Origin: Octopus vulgaris
Taxonomy: Eukaryota
DNA length: 64,000 nucleotides
Assembly: GCA_951406725.2 (NCBI GenBank)
Contig: OX597832.1
Span: 70,370,001 to 70,434,000, forward strand
Direction: 5' to 3'
Shown: piece by piece, positions 40,164-52,919 of the stretch
Numbering within the stretch: the stretch's first letter is position 1
Layout: each line of letters opens with the position of its first letter
The notes under the pieces: model-generated
Databases searched by the model: none
What the model was told of the DNA's origin: nothing
Seen by the model: the letters and a program-made list of their open reading frames with translations, nothing else
Made by a program: the position numbers and the translations under genes

Positions 40164-40201
40164 CTGTTACTCAGAGTATCACGTTCCCGTTCGTCGGACA
40201 G
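40164..40201 (-). ncRNA. Minimal hammerhead-like motif (CCGACGA core, GAUA in place of GAAA)
   Basis: Minus strand CTGT-CCGACGA-ACG-ggaa-CGT-GATAC-tctga-GTA-ACAG. Confidence 0.5.
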
Positions 40202-40409
40202 TTTTTCTGTCTTTTTTCTTTTCACCTGTTATAAAATTGAAACTTAATGACTGATAATATGATTCCATCAACGTGTGGACGTTGGTTGTCCTCGTCCATA
40301 CTTTACTGTCCAGAAACAAGGAGAAACATTACACACACAAACATACGCACATGCAAAAGAGAAATGAACATATAAACATATATACGTATACACATATATG
40401 TTTATATAC

Positions 40410-40451
<42 letters not shown>

Positions 40452-40608
40452 ATAAATTAATAAATTAGTGGTTATTTATAATTGTTAAATTTCTAAATTT
40501 ATATAAATTATTTTACGTATTGGCTTAAGTCTTTCTTTGTTTGATTTGCATAATAGTGGTTTTGTCTCTAATTTAATATAATATATATATATACGTATAA
40601 ATATGTAC

Positions 40609-40662
<54 letters not shown>

Positions 40663-41518
40663 ATTTATATATATATATACACACATACATATATATATAC
40701 ACATGTATATAATATATATATATAGATAAATATTATATATATATATTTGTGTATATATATATATACATATGCATATGTATACATATATATATATAATATA
40801 TTATATATGGATATATATATATATGCGTATGCATGTATATATGTGTATGTATTTAATATGTACCTTTCCCTTTCACATTAAATATAATAAGGAATGCATC
40901 CATTACGTGAACTTTCCCAGTTAAAACAGCTCAAAATATGAAGAAATTGATGGAAATATCCCAATTTGGATAAAGCAGTAGGGCGACAACTAAGTTACAC
41001 TGATATAGTGGTGAAGAAGAAGATAGAAGAAAAAGTGATTGAGAAAAAGTTGAAGAGAAGGATATAGAAAGTGAGATAGTAAGCAAGGGTAAACCTTTAG
41101 TACCGTGCATCTCTTCTAGGCTGAACTATTGTATATACATGTGTGTGTGTGTGTAACAAAACAGTTTGATTCAAATTTGTTGTTACATTTGAGTTTCAAG
41201 CATGATGCTAGTCGTCAGCCATTTTGAATTTGTATGACAGAAGTTGATTGTTAGCAACGTAAGCAGGGCTGCGAGTGGTCGAGGAAGGCTATGCTGCTTG
41301 CCCGAGGGCGTTTATACATCCATATCTGTTAACGGTTATTTTCAATACTTTACTCGCTGGATTAAGTGTTTGTTTCACTTTTTGTCTTCTGCAATTTAAT
41401 TTTTGGATCTTCTATATATATGAAGAATTTACCTCCGTCTGGCTGTTTTTCTCTCTACAAAACAAACTGAAAGTTGCATTATTGAACAGTCATTTTAACA
41501 AAATTTTTTTATTTATTT

Positions 41519-41626
41519 ATCACCCGATGAGATACGTCTGCACTCCAGATACTCTTGAACCAGTTTTTTTTTTGTGTGTCTCACAAGAGGAGTCGATGCT
41601 AGATGTGTCGAAACAATTGTTCTGAT
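41519..41626 (+). ncRNA. Minimal hammerhead motif, CCGAUGA core
   Basis: ATCAc-CCGATGA-GATACGTCT...AGATGTGTC-GAAA-CAATTG-TT-cTGAT, with palindromic helix III. Confidence 0.65.
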
Positions 41627-41670
41627 TAATGATATATTCTCGCATATTCCATCTTCTGTCTTTCCTTTGT

Positions 41671-41702
<32 letters not shown>

Positions 41703-41777
41703 GAGAGAGAGAGAGGGAGAGAGAGAGAGAGAGAAAGACAGAAAAATATTTATATCTTTATATGTTAATTTGTGGGG

Positions 41778-41848
41778 CTCCCGCTAATGAGGAATTCGCC
41801 AAACAAATTGTTTTATTTGTTAATTGAAGTTCGAAATCTAGGTCGGAG
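41778..41848 (+). ncRNA. Decayed minimal hammerhead motif
   Basis: CTCC-cg-CTAATGA-GGAATTC...GAAGTTC-GAAA-TCTAGG-TC-GGAG. The G5 position is mutated, so it is probably inactive. Confidence 0.5.
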
Positions 41849-42009
41849 AGATAAATATTGTAATTATTTTTTATTCCCTTCTAAATTACTCTTAACCGTG
41901 GTTTGGACTTTGATTTTTCCTCCTAGCATGTAACTTGTCCTGTTAGAGTCACTTCTTTTGTGTTTAAATGTACGCTACATATATATTTATATATATATAT
42001 ATATCATGT

Positions 42010-42046
<37 letters not shown>

Positions 42047-42063
42047 TCTGTGTGTGTGCGTGA

Positions 42064-42094
<31 letters not shown>

Positions 42095-42159
42095 GTTGTG
42101 TGTGCATAGTAGTAATGGAAACAAAGAGATGAGTACTGAAAGAACAAGTGTTATGTAAT

Positions 42160-42456
42160 GAACTTCATTTGCTTACAGCTATAAAATCTGGTGAACTCAT
42201 AGTTCTGTATCAGGATAACATTCTATAGCTTCATCAGAGCCTTGAACATGAAGTAGACTTTTTCTACCATTAGGACAGAATTTTGCGTAGCAGTCAGCAT
42301 ATACTTTCTCACTCATAACGCCTCTATGTTCTGAAAATGTAACTTTCCCAAATGGAGTGCACGTCATCTGCGAGGATCCGATGAGACCATAGGATGTTAT
42401 CCTGGTACTCAAGTAAGAGTTCACCAGAATCCTGTAGCAGAAACATCTATAAGCTA
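42160..42456. repeat. Divergently oriented pair of decayed hammerhead-bearing repeats, related to 16316-16395
   Basis: Minus 42171-42240: gctCTGATGAagctatagaatgttatcctg...ttcaccag...gctgtaagc. Plus 42375-42454: CCGATGA...ataggatgttatcctgg...ttcaccag...gcaGAAAcatctaTAagc. Confidence 0.6.
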
Positions 42457-42734
42457 TTGTCATTAAATAATATTTGATTTTACCGCTGTCATCTCTGTTT
42501 CTGTTACCACTTCATACTCATCTAGCATTGTATTCTGGGTGATATGTATATTAAGTTCTGCACCAGGTTATTAATCTCGCTATGCATAACCGAGATATTA
42601 ATACACACACGCACACAAACATTTATATATATGCTTTCGGTGCGAATGATTTTTTTATTACAATGCCGTGATTTACAATCATGTAAATAACAATAATGGT
42701 ATCTTTATATAAGCTTAAAGCTTATATAAAAATA

Positions 42735-42771
<37 letters not shown>

Positions 42772-42775
<4 letters not shown>

Positions 42776-43641
42776 TAAACGTTAAAAAAACACAAACTGG
42801 GACAAGAACGTGAAACATTTTGAAGACGACAAAAAAACACACAGACTTTCGAAGCTCTCAGTCATCAGTTAAGAACCAGATCATCTTCGCAATTTCGGCT
42901 GATTAATCTTGAGATTGCTCCAATCTGGGCAGCCCGCCAAGGGAAATCTAAGCCAATCGCATTAGATTCCTTGGAAGAAAACCTCGAAAGTATACAACAC
43001 GGTGACGGAAAAACAGACGATGTTACTCGAAAAAAAATTCAAAAATACGTAAAAACAATAAAGATAGCACGGATAAAAATACAAATTAACGTAAAAACAA
43101 TCATAACAAAACCAGGACGTCAGGACAAGCGTCTTTCGACAGGACGAGTTGAGTATAGGCTGGCTGTGGAACAAGTGCCTGAAGGCAAACGGAGCACAAA
43201 CACATACGTGTGGTCACGCCAACTACTTGATGCGAAAGGCAGTAGTAGCTAGCTGGTCACGTGAGCACAAAAAGGAGAAAGGGACAGATGAAGAGAGAAG
43301 CAGGAGAGGGAAAGGGTCAGGTCAAGTGGGGTATAAGGTCTGAGAGGCAGAGAAATGTGGGAGAGGAGGGACGGAGGAAGAGAGAAAGAAAGAAGGGGAA
43401 CAAGGGAGGAGAAGAAAAGAGGGAAAGAGACAGAACAAGGGGAGTGAAAAGGGTGAAGGCAGAGAAAAGTAGGAGAGGGGGGAAAAGAGACAGTGTAGTC
43501 GAGTCGTACCAATGTTAGAGAGTAATATACTTACAGTATAGGGTTAAAAGGTAGGATACGTAGCCGCCATCTAATATAGGTAAACGTTAAAAAAACACAA
43601 ACTGGGACAAGAACGTGAAACATTTTGAAGACGACAAAAAA

Positions 43642-43650
<9 letters not shown>
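42772..43650 (-). mobile_element. ORF-less element with ~70 bp terminal direct repeats in (TA)n (non-autonomous PLE/retrozyme-like)
   Basis: ataggtaaacgttaaaaaaacacaaactgggacaagaacgtgaaacattttgaagacgacaaaaaaacacac occurs at about 42771-42842 and 43576-43647. A partial CTGATGA...GAAA lies on the minus strand at 42845-42868. Confidence 0.6.
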
Positions 43651-43680
<30 letters not shown>

Positions 43681-43776
43681 TATGTATATATATATATATA
43701 TATGTGTGTACATACATACATACATACATACATACATACATACATACATACATACATACATACATACATACATACA

Positions 43777-44300
43777 TGGTGGCTTCCCCCTCGTTATCGA
43801 GTATGGCCATTGCACGAAGCATAATCAATGTTGTTATCGTGCAATGCCTGTGCAAGAAGATTTTTTTAAAGTGAGGAAAGGCTGTGCACTGAGTCAATCC
43901 CACTCACTAAGCAACAGCAGCCATAATCCGAAAAGAAGAACAAGTCAACATCATCGGTAACCACTGAGCCGCAGGTTTTATGTCGGAGTTATCCCAGTTA
44001 CCCGAGTTGCCTTCTCCTAGAAGGATGCCCTAACAAAGGTTTAACCGCGCGATCGAGTATTCAGTCCGATTATTTCTATGTCCCTGCGCATGATACAGCC
44101 TTAAGACATTTATTGGATGGCCGTTGACTCTCGAGAGTTCCTCCGCCCTTTGACGAGTTTTGTTTTTCATCCCGCAGGGTTTCCAATAATCATCCTCCTC
44201 ACCAAGCAAGCTTGGTGGGGATGCCGGTTTATTCGCCGACAACCTGACCATGCAACAGGTTGTAATGAGTTACATGTTACCAGTAGCACTCGAGAGTGAC
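43777..44300 (-). mobile_element. Probable RTE-type LINE 5' UTR fragment
   Basis: Minus strand ggcatccttctaggagaaggcaactc resembles RTE 5' UTR motifs and the ggcaatctgtctagggaga segment of the LINE at 4196. Confidence 0.35.
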
Positions 44301-45764
44301 TTGACATACATACATACATACGTACATACATACATACATACATATATAAATCTAAAGTATACACCTGGTAGTATGCCGATTAAAGTACGTTCAGTGTCTA
44401 TGGCTGATGTCATCCACCGTATTGATATAAATGCCATTTAACGTACTACATCAGGAATTCTTCAGCGTTCGTCGAGTACGTAACAAATGAGAGAAACAGA
44501 AAATGAAATTCATGAAACGTTCGTCACGAATTCCATGTTCCGTTTCTCTCATTTGTCATATATATGTGTATATGTAACATAAATATGTACAAATATATAT
44601 ATATATACATATATGCTTGAGTGGGCTGATGTGTGTGTTTGTATATACACTTTTGTAATTTATTGCTTAGCAAATCAACAAGAACTTTTGCACACATACA
44701 TATATACTTACATACACACATACATACATACATACATACATACATACATACATACATACATACATACATACATACATACATACATACAAGCATATATGTA
44801 CATACATTTATATTTTCATATATATATTGTAGGGACGATGTGCTACTGGGGATTGTCGTAATTCTTGAGATCTCCTGCTTCTCCCAATGTTCACTGGTTG
44901 GAAATCTTAACGCGTCACAAACCAATCTTGTCAACCATTCATGCTCTTCCCTTAAATATTCTGCTACAATCATCGCTGATAAGTGACCCACTGCTTGAAT
45001 TCTGACGATTCTTGATTTGCCCCTGAAAAGATGCTTCAATGTGTTCTTGTGGTCTTCATCCAACTTATTTTCAGTTTACCTTGCTAGCATCCTCTTCTGA
45101 ATAGCGTGCCGATCAGAGGAGAAAGACTTAACAGCCAGACAAGGAAAAGCCCAGAAACATCTGAGCATAATGTCTTTTTGACTGGGATAATGTGGTACTT
45201 GGCTGAGAATCAACTGCTAACCGAGTCCTACATTCCTTAGACGCAGGTTCACAAGCAAACATTTGCGAACCTGGCAGAAGACATGTATTCACGTAGAGAT
45301 TACCTGTGACTGAAGATTTTGCCCTGACGCCCAATAGTCAAATCTAGGTGCTCGATTATTTATAAGCGAAACAGTTGCAAGCTAATGAAGGTGATTGGAT
45401 ATCTCCTGTTAGCTTATCATATATATATGTTTGTGTGTTTGTGTGTGTGTGCATTTATGTGTATGCGCGCTTGTGTGAGTATCTGAATGTAGAAAAGTAT
45501 GTATGTATGTAAGTATATATGTATGTGTGCAAAACGTCCTGTTGATTTACTAAGCAATAAATTACAAAAGTGTATTTGCAAACACACGCATCAGCCCACT
45601 CATGTGTGTGTGTGTATGTTTTTATACATGTTCATGCAAAATACACACATACCACAAGCTCACATACATGCATGTCTTTTATCTATTCATTTTTCTCTAT
45701 GCATCTACATATTTATTCATATATGTACAAATACATATGCATTCATGCATATATGTGTATGAAC

Positions 45765-45857
<93 letters not shown>

Positions 45858-46012
45858 CATATTCATACATACATATATATTATATATACATACTGACATA
45901 TACATTGATATGTGCATGCATATATATGTATGTATCTATATACACATATATGTATATATAATTGAAAAACTTTGGCGTCAACGAGGTGTATGGTTGGACA
46001 TTTATCTTCAAT

Positions 46013-46050
46013 CACTAGAATTGTTTCTACACAAAGTAGTTCTTCAGGTG
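46013..46050 (-). ncRNA. Minimal hammerhead motif, CUGAAGA core
   Basis: Minus strand CAC-CTGAAGA-ac-TAC-tttgt-GTA-GAAA-CAATTC-TA-GTG. The helices are short. Confidence 0.5.
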
Positions 46051-46837
46051 TGCAGGTACTTAATTATGCAGTCGTTTCCCTGGATTATGGGATCTCGTTG
46101 TGTTTCTTCGGGCGATATATAAGTCTGTAAGTTCAAATTCTCAGCTTCAAGACATCCTTTGTCTATGCCGTGGAGTTAGAAGTAGTCACTGAGTTTATCA
46201 AATGTGTGTCGTTGGTGGTGAAGGGCCGTTGGAAAATTGCTTTGGATGTGAAAAGGTAGTGCGTTGGTGATTCTGCAACTGTTAAAGTGGTTGCCGTTTT
46301 AAAAGGATTGCTATCTTATTTCTTTGTACTGCTGGTTTGTTCTTCATGGTTGGTTACTAATGCGATTGTCCTTCGCTAGCCTTTAAGAATACGCCCACAC
46401 ATATACATACATGGTCGTCCACATATAGATCCAAATACATACTTCCGCTTGGACATATACACACACGCACACACACATACATACATATATACACTCACAC
46501 ACACACATAAAGACGGATATGTACACGCACTCACATACATATATACAAATAAACACATACATACTCACACACAACTACACACACATATACACGTAGATAC
46601 ATCAATCCATGCAAACTAAACACGAGGACAGGCACGCATACGTATATAGAGAAATACAACCAATTATCTGTTCACACATGACAGAAGCCCGAACGGAAAC
46701 CTGGAAGTTTGATATTACTACTGGATAGCACAGGGTGACATCTGAAGGTGGACGAGCTTTATACTGCACTCTTCTACGTTCTTCACAGATTATACCGTAA
46801 CTATGTATGTATGTATATATATATATATATATATATT

Positions 46838-46969
<132 letters not shown>

Positions 46970-49794
46970 TGTTTCTTTATTAGCCACACAGGGCTGCACA
47001 CAGACGGGACAAATTACAAGGTAGACCTTTTCTTTTGGGTTTTCGATCAACAGGGATCGTAAAATGAAAGAAAGAGGGAAAAAAATGGGGTGGGGATAAA
47101 AGGAAGAAGAAAAAATCGATCAATAGGGATCGTTATCACAGAAATATCAATATAACGTGTAAAGAGGACAGGTGAGGTTTACTCGTGGAAAGAAAAGCCT
47201 ACGGAAAAGACCACGTTAACCCCGGTCAATGAAGTCACATGTTATATTTTTTTACAAATAAGCAACTCTCTGAAATTATCATGGTCAAGGTGGCTTCGTC
47301 ATTCATACGTGCCATCCTTGCTACACTCACCCATCTTTTTTTAAAACATTCACGAGACAAAACTTGCCTCTCTACTCTCACTTTCCTCTTCAAGTGATAC
47401 TTGAAGAAGTTGATGAGAGATTGACCAGAGAGGAAAGTGTTTGTCTCTAATCCTTTCAGGCGCGTCCACCAGATACATTCTTTCGCCATAGCCACAAGTA
47501 TGATAAAAATAGCTCTTCCTTCCTGTTTGAAGGAAGGAGGCGTGACGATATTAACGATAGACTCGGCTGATAAACCCACACGTCCCACACGTGACAGCAG
47601 TCGTTCGATATAAGCCCACAGGTCGGAGATTGCTGGATACTGCACGATTGCGTGCAGAACGGTTTCGTCGCTCTGCCCGCATCTCGGGCAGGTCGGACCC
47701 GTGTTTCTCGAGCCATGCCTATAGAGCTTATCCCGAACGGGTAGCGCTTCTCGGTAGCACTGCCTGGCCAGGGATCTCTGCAAGTTGTCCATAGGTCCCA
47801 GCCCGAAAGTCGTCTCAAACAGGCGGGTCAGGTATTCCTCGTCGACGCCCAGGTTCGCCCAAAGATCGTCGTCGTACCTCCCCTCCACTAATGCCCTATA
47901 GAATGCTTGGGTTGTGTTGAAGTTACTCATGGTCGACCCGGGACGGCATATTTGCTTGCGAGCAAAGCGACACTCGCGGTGCCATTCGCCCTTCGTCGGC
48001 CTCTTTTTGATCCACGACTGCAGTTCTGTCATGGGGACGAGCTGCAGGAACGCGTGCCTCACAAACGGCGACCACACCTGTTCACGTCGTCTCCATAGAG
48101 CCGGAGATGTCGCAGTCTCAGCGCGTGTCTGCACATCATCAACCACGGCATGCCCAGCCCTCCTTTTAACGAGTGTTGACAGCAAATGGATCGCCTGACC
48201 ATCGGGACGCATCCTTTCCACAAGAAGCGGAAGAGAATGCGTTCTAGTTTGGTGATGGTAGGGTCGGGACAAGGTATGACGGTCAGGCGATAGTAGATGA
48301 TAGACGCTATGTACGTGTTTGCCACCTCCGCCCGACCTTTTAGGGACAGTTTCCTCTCGACCCATTGCCGGGCGAGAGTGACCACCCTACTCGTTATCTC
48401 GTTCCAGTTCTTCTCCATTTGGAGGTCCGGACCGAACCAGACCCCGAACAACTCAACCGGGCCGTCCGTCCAGCGTCCCACGACGGTGGACATCATGGGC
48501 TTGCTTCTCCAGGTGCCGAGCCGCAAGCCCACTGACTTTTCCCGGTTGATTTTTCGCTCCTGTCACCGCTTCGTAGTCTTTCAGTGTCTCGCCGACCAGC
48601 TCAATGTGCTCGTGACTTGATACTATGATGGTGACGTCGTCTGCGTATGCAGACACGCTCGTCCCGCATCCCAATTGTCGCGGGATGCCCCTCAGAGTCG
48701 CCAGCTTCCGCAGTAGTGGCTCGGGAGTCAATACGTATAGAAGCGACGAGAGGGGGCATCCCTGACGAACCGAACGTATGATGTCGAAGGGCCTCGATAG
48801 ATGTCCATTTACGCGAATTACCGAACTGATGCCTGTGTACAAAGCAGCTATCCAGCCTCAGAAGACGGGTCGGAAACCAGCCGCTCTCAGGACTGCCTCC
48901 AAGTATCGATGGTCAACCCTATCGAAAGCTTTCGATTGATCCAAATTGATCAGGGCCCCACCCATGCCAGGTTCCTTAACTACTCTATGATGTAGCGCAT
49001 CAGATGGAGGTTGTCATGGATGCTCCGGCCCGGCACGGCGCACGTTTGCGCCTTGACCAGTTTCTCGATGACAAGCGCCAACCTCTTGGCTAGCACCTTG
49101 GTTAAAATTTTCAGGTCTGCATTAAGCAGAGTGATTGGCCTAAAGTTATCTATAATATCCCCCTTTCTTCAGCAGCGTTACGGCTCCTCGACTCACAAAA
49201 CCGGGTTTGCTCCCGTTTTGCTGCCAGTTGCAGTATACCGCTGCCAAGACGTCTCCAAACAAGTCTGGCATACAATTGTAAAACTCGTAGGGCAGACCAT
49301 CCAAACCCGGCGTTTTGTCTCTCGAGCATTCTGCCATTGCGTCCCGCACATCCGCCTCCGTGATGGCACCTTCGCAGCACTCTTCCTCTCTTGCCGAGAG
49401 TTGTGGCAGGCTGAGCAGGTAGGCACTGAAGTCCACCCTGCGTTCACGCTCGCCACTGGTCCCGTACAGTCGGGCAAAGTGCCGCTGAAATGCCTCGCAC
49501 ATCTTGCTGGGCTTGAGCAATTCGCGCCCTTGTTCGTCTACCAGAGACCGAATGGTGGCTTTATGCCCTGCTGCGCCTCCACCACTCGGGCCTCTCTCAC
49601 GGCTCCAACACCTTCCATCCTTAGAGCACGCATCCTATCCCTGACAGCATACCCTTCGTATTTGGCGTTGAAGTGTTGGTCGAAGGCCAACCTCACCGCT
49701 AAAACGTCGGATGTGATGCTGCTTCTTATTGCCTCTTCTAAATTCTTAACTAACTCACCCTCTACTCTATTTCTATCTACGACTAGTGCCTTGC

Positions 49795-49796
<2 letters not shown>
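46970..49796 (-). mobile_element. 5'-truncated L1/Tx1-clade LINE (RT + C-terminal zinc knuckle), frameshifted
   Basis: KTPGLDGLPYEFY, SKAFDRVDH, SVRQGCPLS, AYADDVT, RKLSLKGRA, GGLGMP and CPRCGQSDETVLH. 3' end ctgtgtggctAATAAAgaaac. (GATA)n on both sides. Confidence 0.9.
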
Positions 49797-49877
<81 letters not shown>

Positions 49878-49959
49878 TATAGATAGATATGCATTTATAT
49901 ATAAATATATATGTACATACACACACTCACACACACACACACACACGTGTGTGTGTATA

Positions 49960-50114
49960 CAAGGCACAGACGTTGTTGTTTGGTAAAAAGCTTGCTTGCT
50001 AACCACATAGTTCCGAGTTCAGTGGCACCTTGAGCAAGCGTCTTCTACTATAGCCTCAGGCCGACCAAAGACATGTAAGTGCATTTGGTTGACGGAAACT
50101 GAAAGAAGCCTGTC

Positions 50115-50168
<54 letters not shown>

Positions 50169-50440
50169 TTGGGGGTGCGTGTGTGTATGTGTGTGTGTGT
50201 GTCTGTGTCTGTGTCTGTTTATGTGTGTGTGTGTGTTTTTCCCCAAACATCGCTTGACACTTGATGTTGGTGTGTTTACGCCCCCATAATCTAGTGGTTC
50301 GGCAAAAAGTAAACTATAGAATAAGAAAAAGGCTTACAAAGAATAAATCCTGTGGTCGGTTTCTTCTTCGGCTAAAAGAACCCCCAGAAGGCGGTGCTCG
50401 AGCACCGACGCAGCCAAATGACTGAAACAAATAAAAGAAA
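49960..50440 (+). mobile_element. SINE family A
   Basis: tggtaaaaagcttgcttgctaaccacat...gcaagcgtcttctactatagcc...ggcggtgctcgagcaccgacgcagccaaatgactgaaacaaataaaag. Confidence 0.8.
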
Positions 50441-50444
50441 ACGG

Positions 50445-51333
50445 ACGTGATGGAGCTCAAAAGAAACCGGAATTCTGTAATATTACTTCATTCTTTTATT
50501 TTTACCTGTTTACACATTTATCACCTTTAAATTATTCTCCATTTGGAGCAAAGTATCGGTCCACACGTGTTTCCCACTCTTCGGAATAGTCCTGGAACTT
50601 TTGCGAAATGATGCTTTTTAACGCTTCCGTCGTTTTCTTCTTCATCCATTTCACATCAGCAAGTTCGTTTCCTTTAAGGACATCTTCATTCGGAGTAACC
50701 AAAAAAGTAGCAGGGGCGGGGGGAAGATCGGGGGGATAGGGAGGGTGGGTAAGTGGGATCATGCGAGGCACAAATTTTGCAGCATCTCTTTTCATTCACA
50801 AACCTTCGCTAAGAATTCATTGGCAAGCGCTCCAGGACACACCAGTCATATCAACAAGTTCGTCAACTTTTCGGCAACCGTCCTCTTAGAAAAGTTCATG
50901 TATTTTCGTGATGTTTTCATTTGTTAGGTAGCTTGACGATCGCCCTGAAAGACGGTGGTCTTCAAACAAAAGCGACCGTTCCTAAAGGGTGGAAAACCAC
51001 TCGTAAACTTGAGTTTTGCTCATGGCAGCGTATTTGTAAGCTGATTGAAGCATGACAACTGTTTCCGCCAGCGTTTTGCTGTGCAAAAAACAGAATTTCA
51101 CGGAGGCTTGCTGGTCCTTCGTTTTGTCCATCGCAAAAATCGACAAACAGGGGAGAAGTACTGCAAAATAAAGACACATCACATGGCATTACGACGTCAC
51201 ATGCTGACACCTGAACAGCAGACTGATGCCTGAGGGTAGCATCAAGTGACCTCTAGCGGCTGAAGTTTGAAATACAACGGGAGAACGTTTACCACAGAGA
51301 ACGTTTCCGGTTACTTTTGGCTATCCTCTCATG
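50445..51333 (-). mobile_element. Internally deleted mariner (Tc1/mariner) relic
   Basis: N-terminal HTH segment Q.ASVKFCF...ETVVMLQSAY..AMSKTQVYEWF and C-terminal HPPYPPDL.P..LKG..W..R...GE. Imperfect terminal inverted repeats caaaagaaaccggaa / ttccggttacttttg. Confidence 0.85.
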
Positions 51334-51363
51334 CATATGTGCGTGTGTCTGTGTATGTGTGTG

Positions 51364-51527
51364 TAGGCGCAAGCGTGGCTGTGTGGTAAGAAACGTGCTT
51401 CCTTACCAAACGCTCCCGGGCTCACTCCCACTGTGCGGTACCTTGGGTATGTATCTTTTACTATAGCCATAGACCAACCAAAACCTTGTGAGTGGATTTG
51501 GTACACAGAAACGTAAAGAAGCCCTAC
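51364..51527 (+). mobile_element. SINE family A, 5' part
   Basis: taggcgcaagcgtggctgtgtggtaag...ccttgtgagtggatttggta. Confidence 0.8.
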
Positions 51528-51529
51528 AT

Positions 51530-51577
<48 letters not shown>

Positions 51578-52534
51578 CTCTCATGATAAAAGGCATATTT
51601 TCCCTGCCTGTTCCCATGTTCTTTTTTAATACAATTCTACAATATAGAATTTCTTCAATTGGAATTTACCTATGATTTTTCGAAGTAGATTCGATTGGGT
51701 CATGGCATATCAAGTTTTTCAATTTGACCCCCAATTAAGCAAAAATTCGAGAAAACTCAATATTTTACGATTTGCCTCTCTCATTTCAAGTGGTTTACTC
51801 CTGCTAATACCACCACACATTCTCCTACTTTCGCTTTGCAAGTGTGAAACTATTAAAGTAAAAGTATTATATAACAGGGATGAGCCATTAATAGTGGTCA
51901 TCCTTTTTGCTAGAGGAAGATCCGCTATGGTCTTATATGCTACACCACTCGTTTTCAATTCATATTAATCAAATTAATATTCAATTTTTCATACTTATTA
52001 TGTGTGAGTGTGTGTGTATTAGCAATTCGTATAAAATTGCATCAATGACTTCAACTTGAATAAGTGGTTTCACATAAATGGGGATAAATTAAAAAGGTTT
52101 GTTGTTATTATTATTACTGTTTGACTATTGTAATCACGTTCCTCGTCAGGGAAACGTTGTTGTGTTGCATTTGTTAAATAATTGTAAACCGTAACCCTCC
52201 CCCTTTCGGAGAAGGGGCTTTGGTTATTGTTTAAAAATTGAATTGTGTCCCTGTTTGGGAAAATTGACAATATTTTCACCGTCTTTACGGAAGCATTTTT
52301 GTTAAAATGCCTTCGATAGAAGAAAGTCCAAAAATGAATTTCGCTGCAGCCGTACACTTCTATACAAGAGGGAGGACAAGATCCAATTGATCTAAATTAC
52401 AAGAGGCGGGCCTACAATTCCAGTCTGTTATATATTTTGAGTATTGTTATCACTAGCGATATCAAGATATAACTTTGTATTTTGTATTTTATGTGTAGAT
52501 GTATATATATAGATGTACATGTAATATGTACACA

Positions 52535-52657
52535 TATATATACATGCATAATATATATATATGCATAATATATACATGCATAATATATACATGCATATAT
52601 ACATATATACATATATACATGCATAATATACATGCATAATATATACATGCATAATAT
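52535..52657. repeat. ~15-17 bp minisatellite (TATACATGCATAATA)n
   Basis: Direct reading of the sequence. Confidence 0.75.
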
Positions 52658-52698
52658 ATCTACCCATACACACATACGCACACACACACACACATACA

Positions 52699-52835
52699 TA
52701 GGGGCAGGTGTGGCTGTGTGGTAACAAACTACGTTCCAAACACATGGTCCTGGGTTCAGTCCCACTGTGTGGTGACTTGGCATGTGTCTTCTGCTGTAGC
52801 TTCAGACCAACAAAAGCCTTCTCAGTGGATTTTGT
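52699..52835 (+). mobile_element. SINE family A, 5' part
   Basis: ggggcaggtgtggctgtgtggtaac...gggttcagtcccactgtgtgg. Confidence 0.8.
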
Positions 52836-52919
52836 ACATATATACAGGCATACATACATATATATACATGCATACGTACATATTCGGCATAAACACTCTA
52901 CCACTACAACTAATAACTG

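Noticed and set aside
51590-52400. Unique-looking AT-rich stretch with short ORFs
   Set aside because: No recognisable domain, splice structure or repeat signature that I can support.
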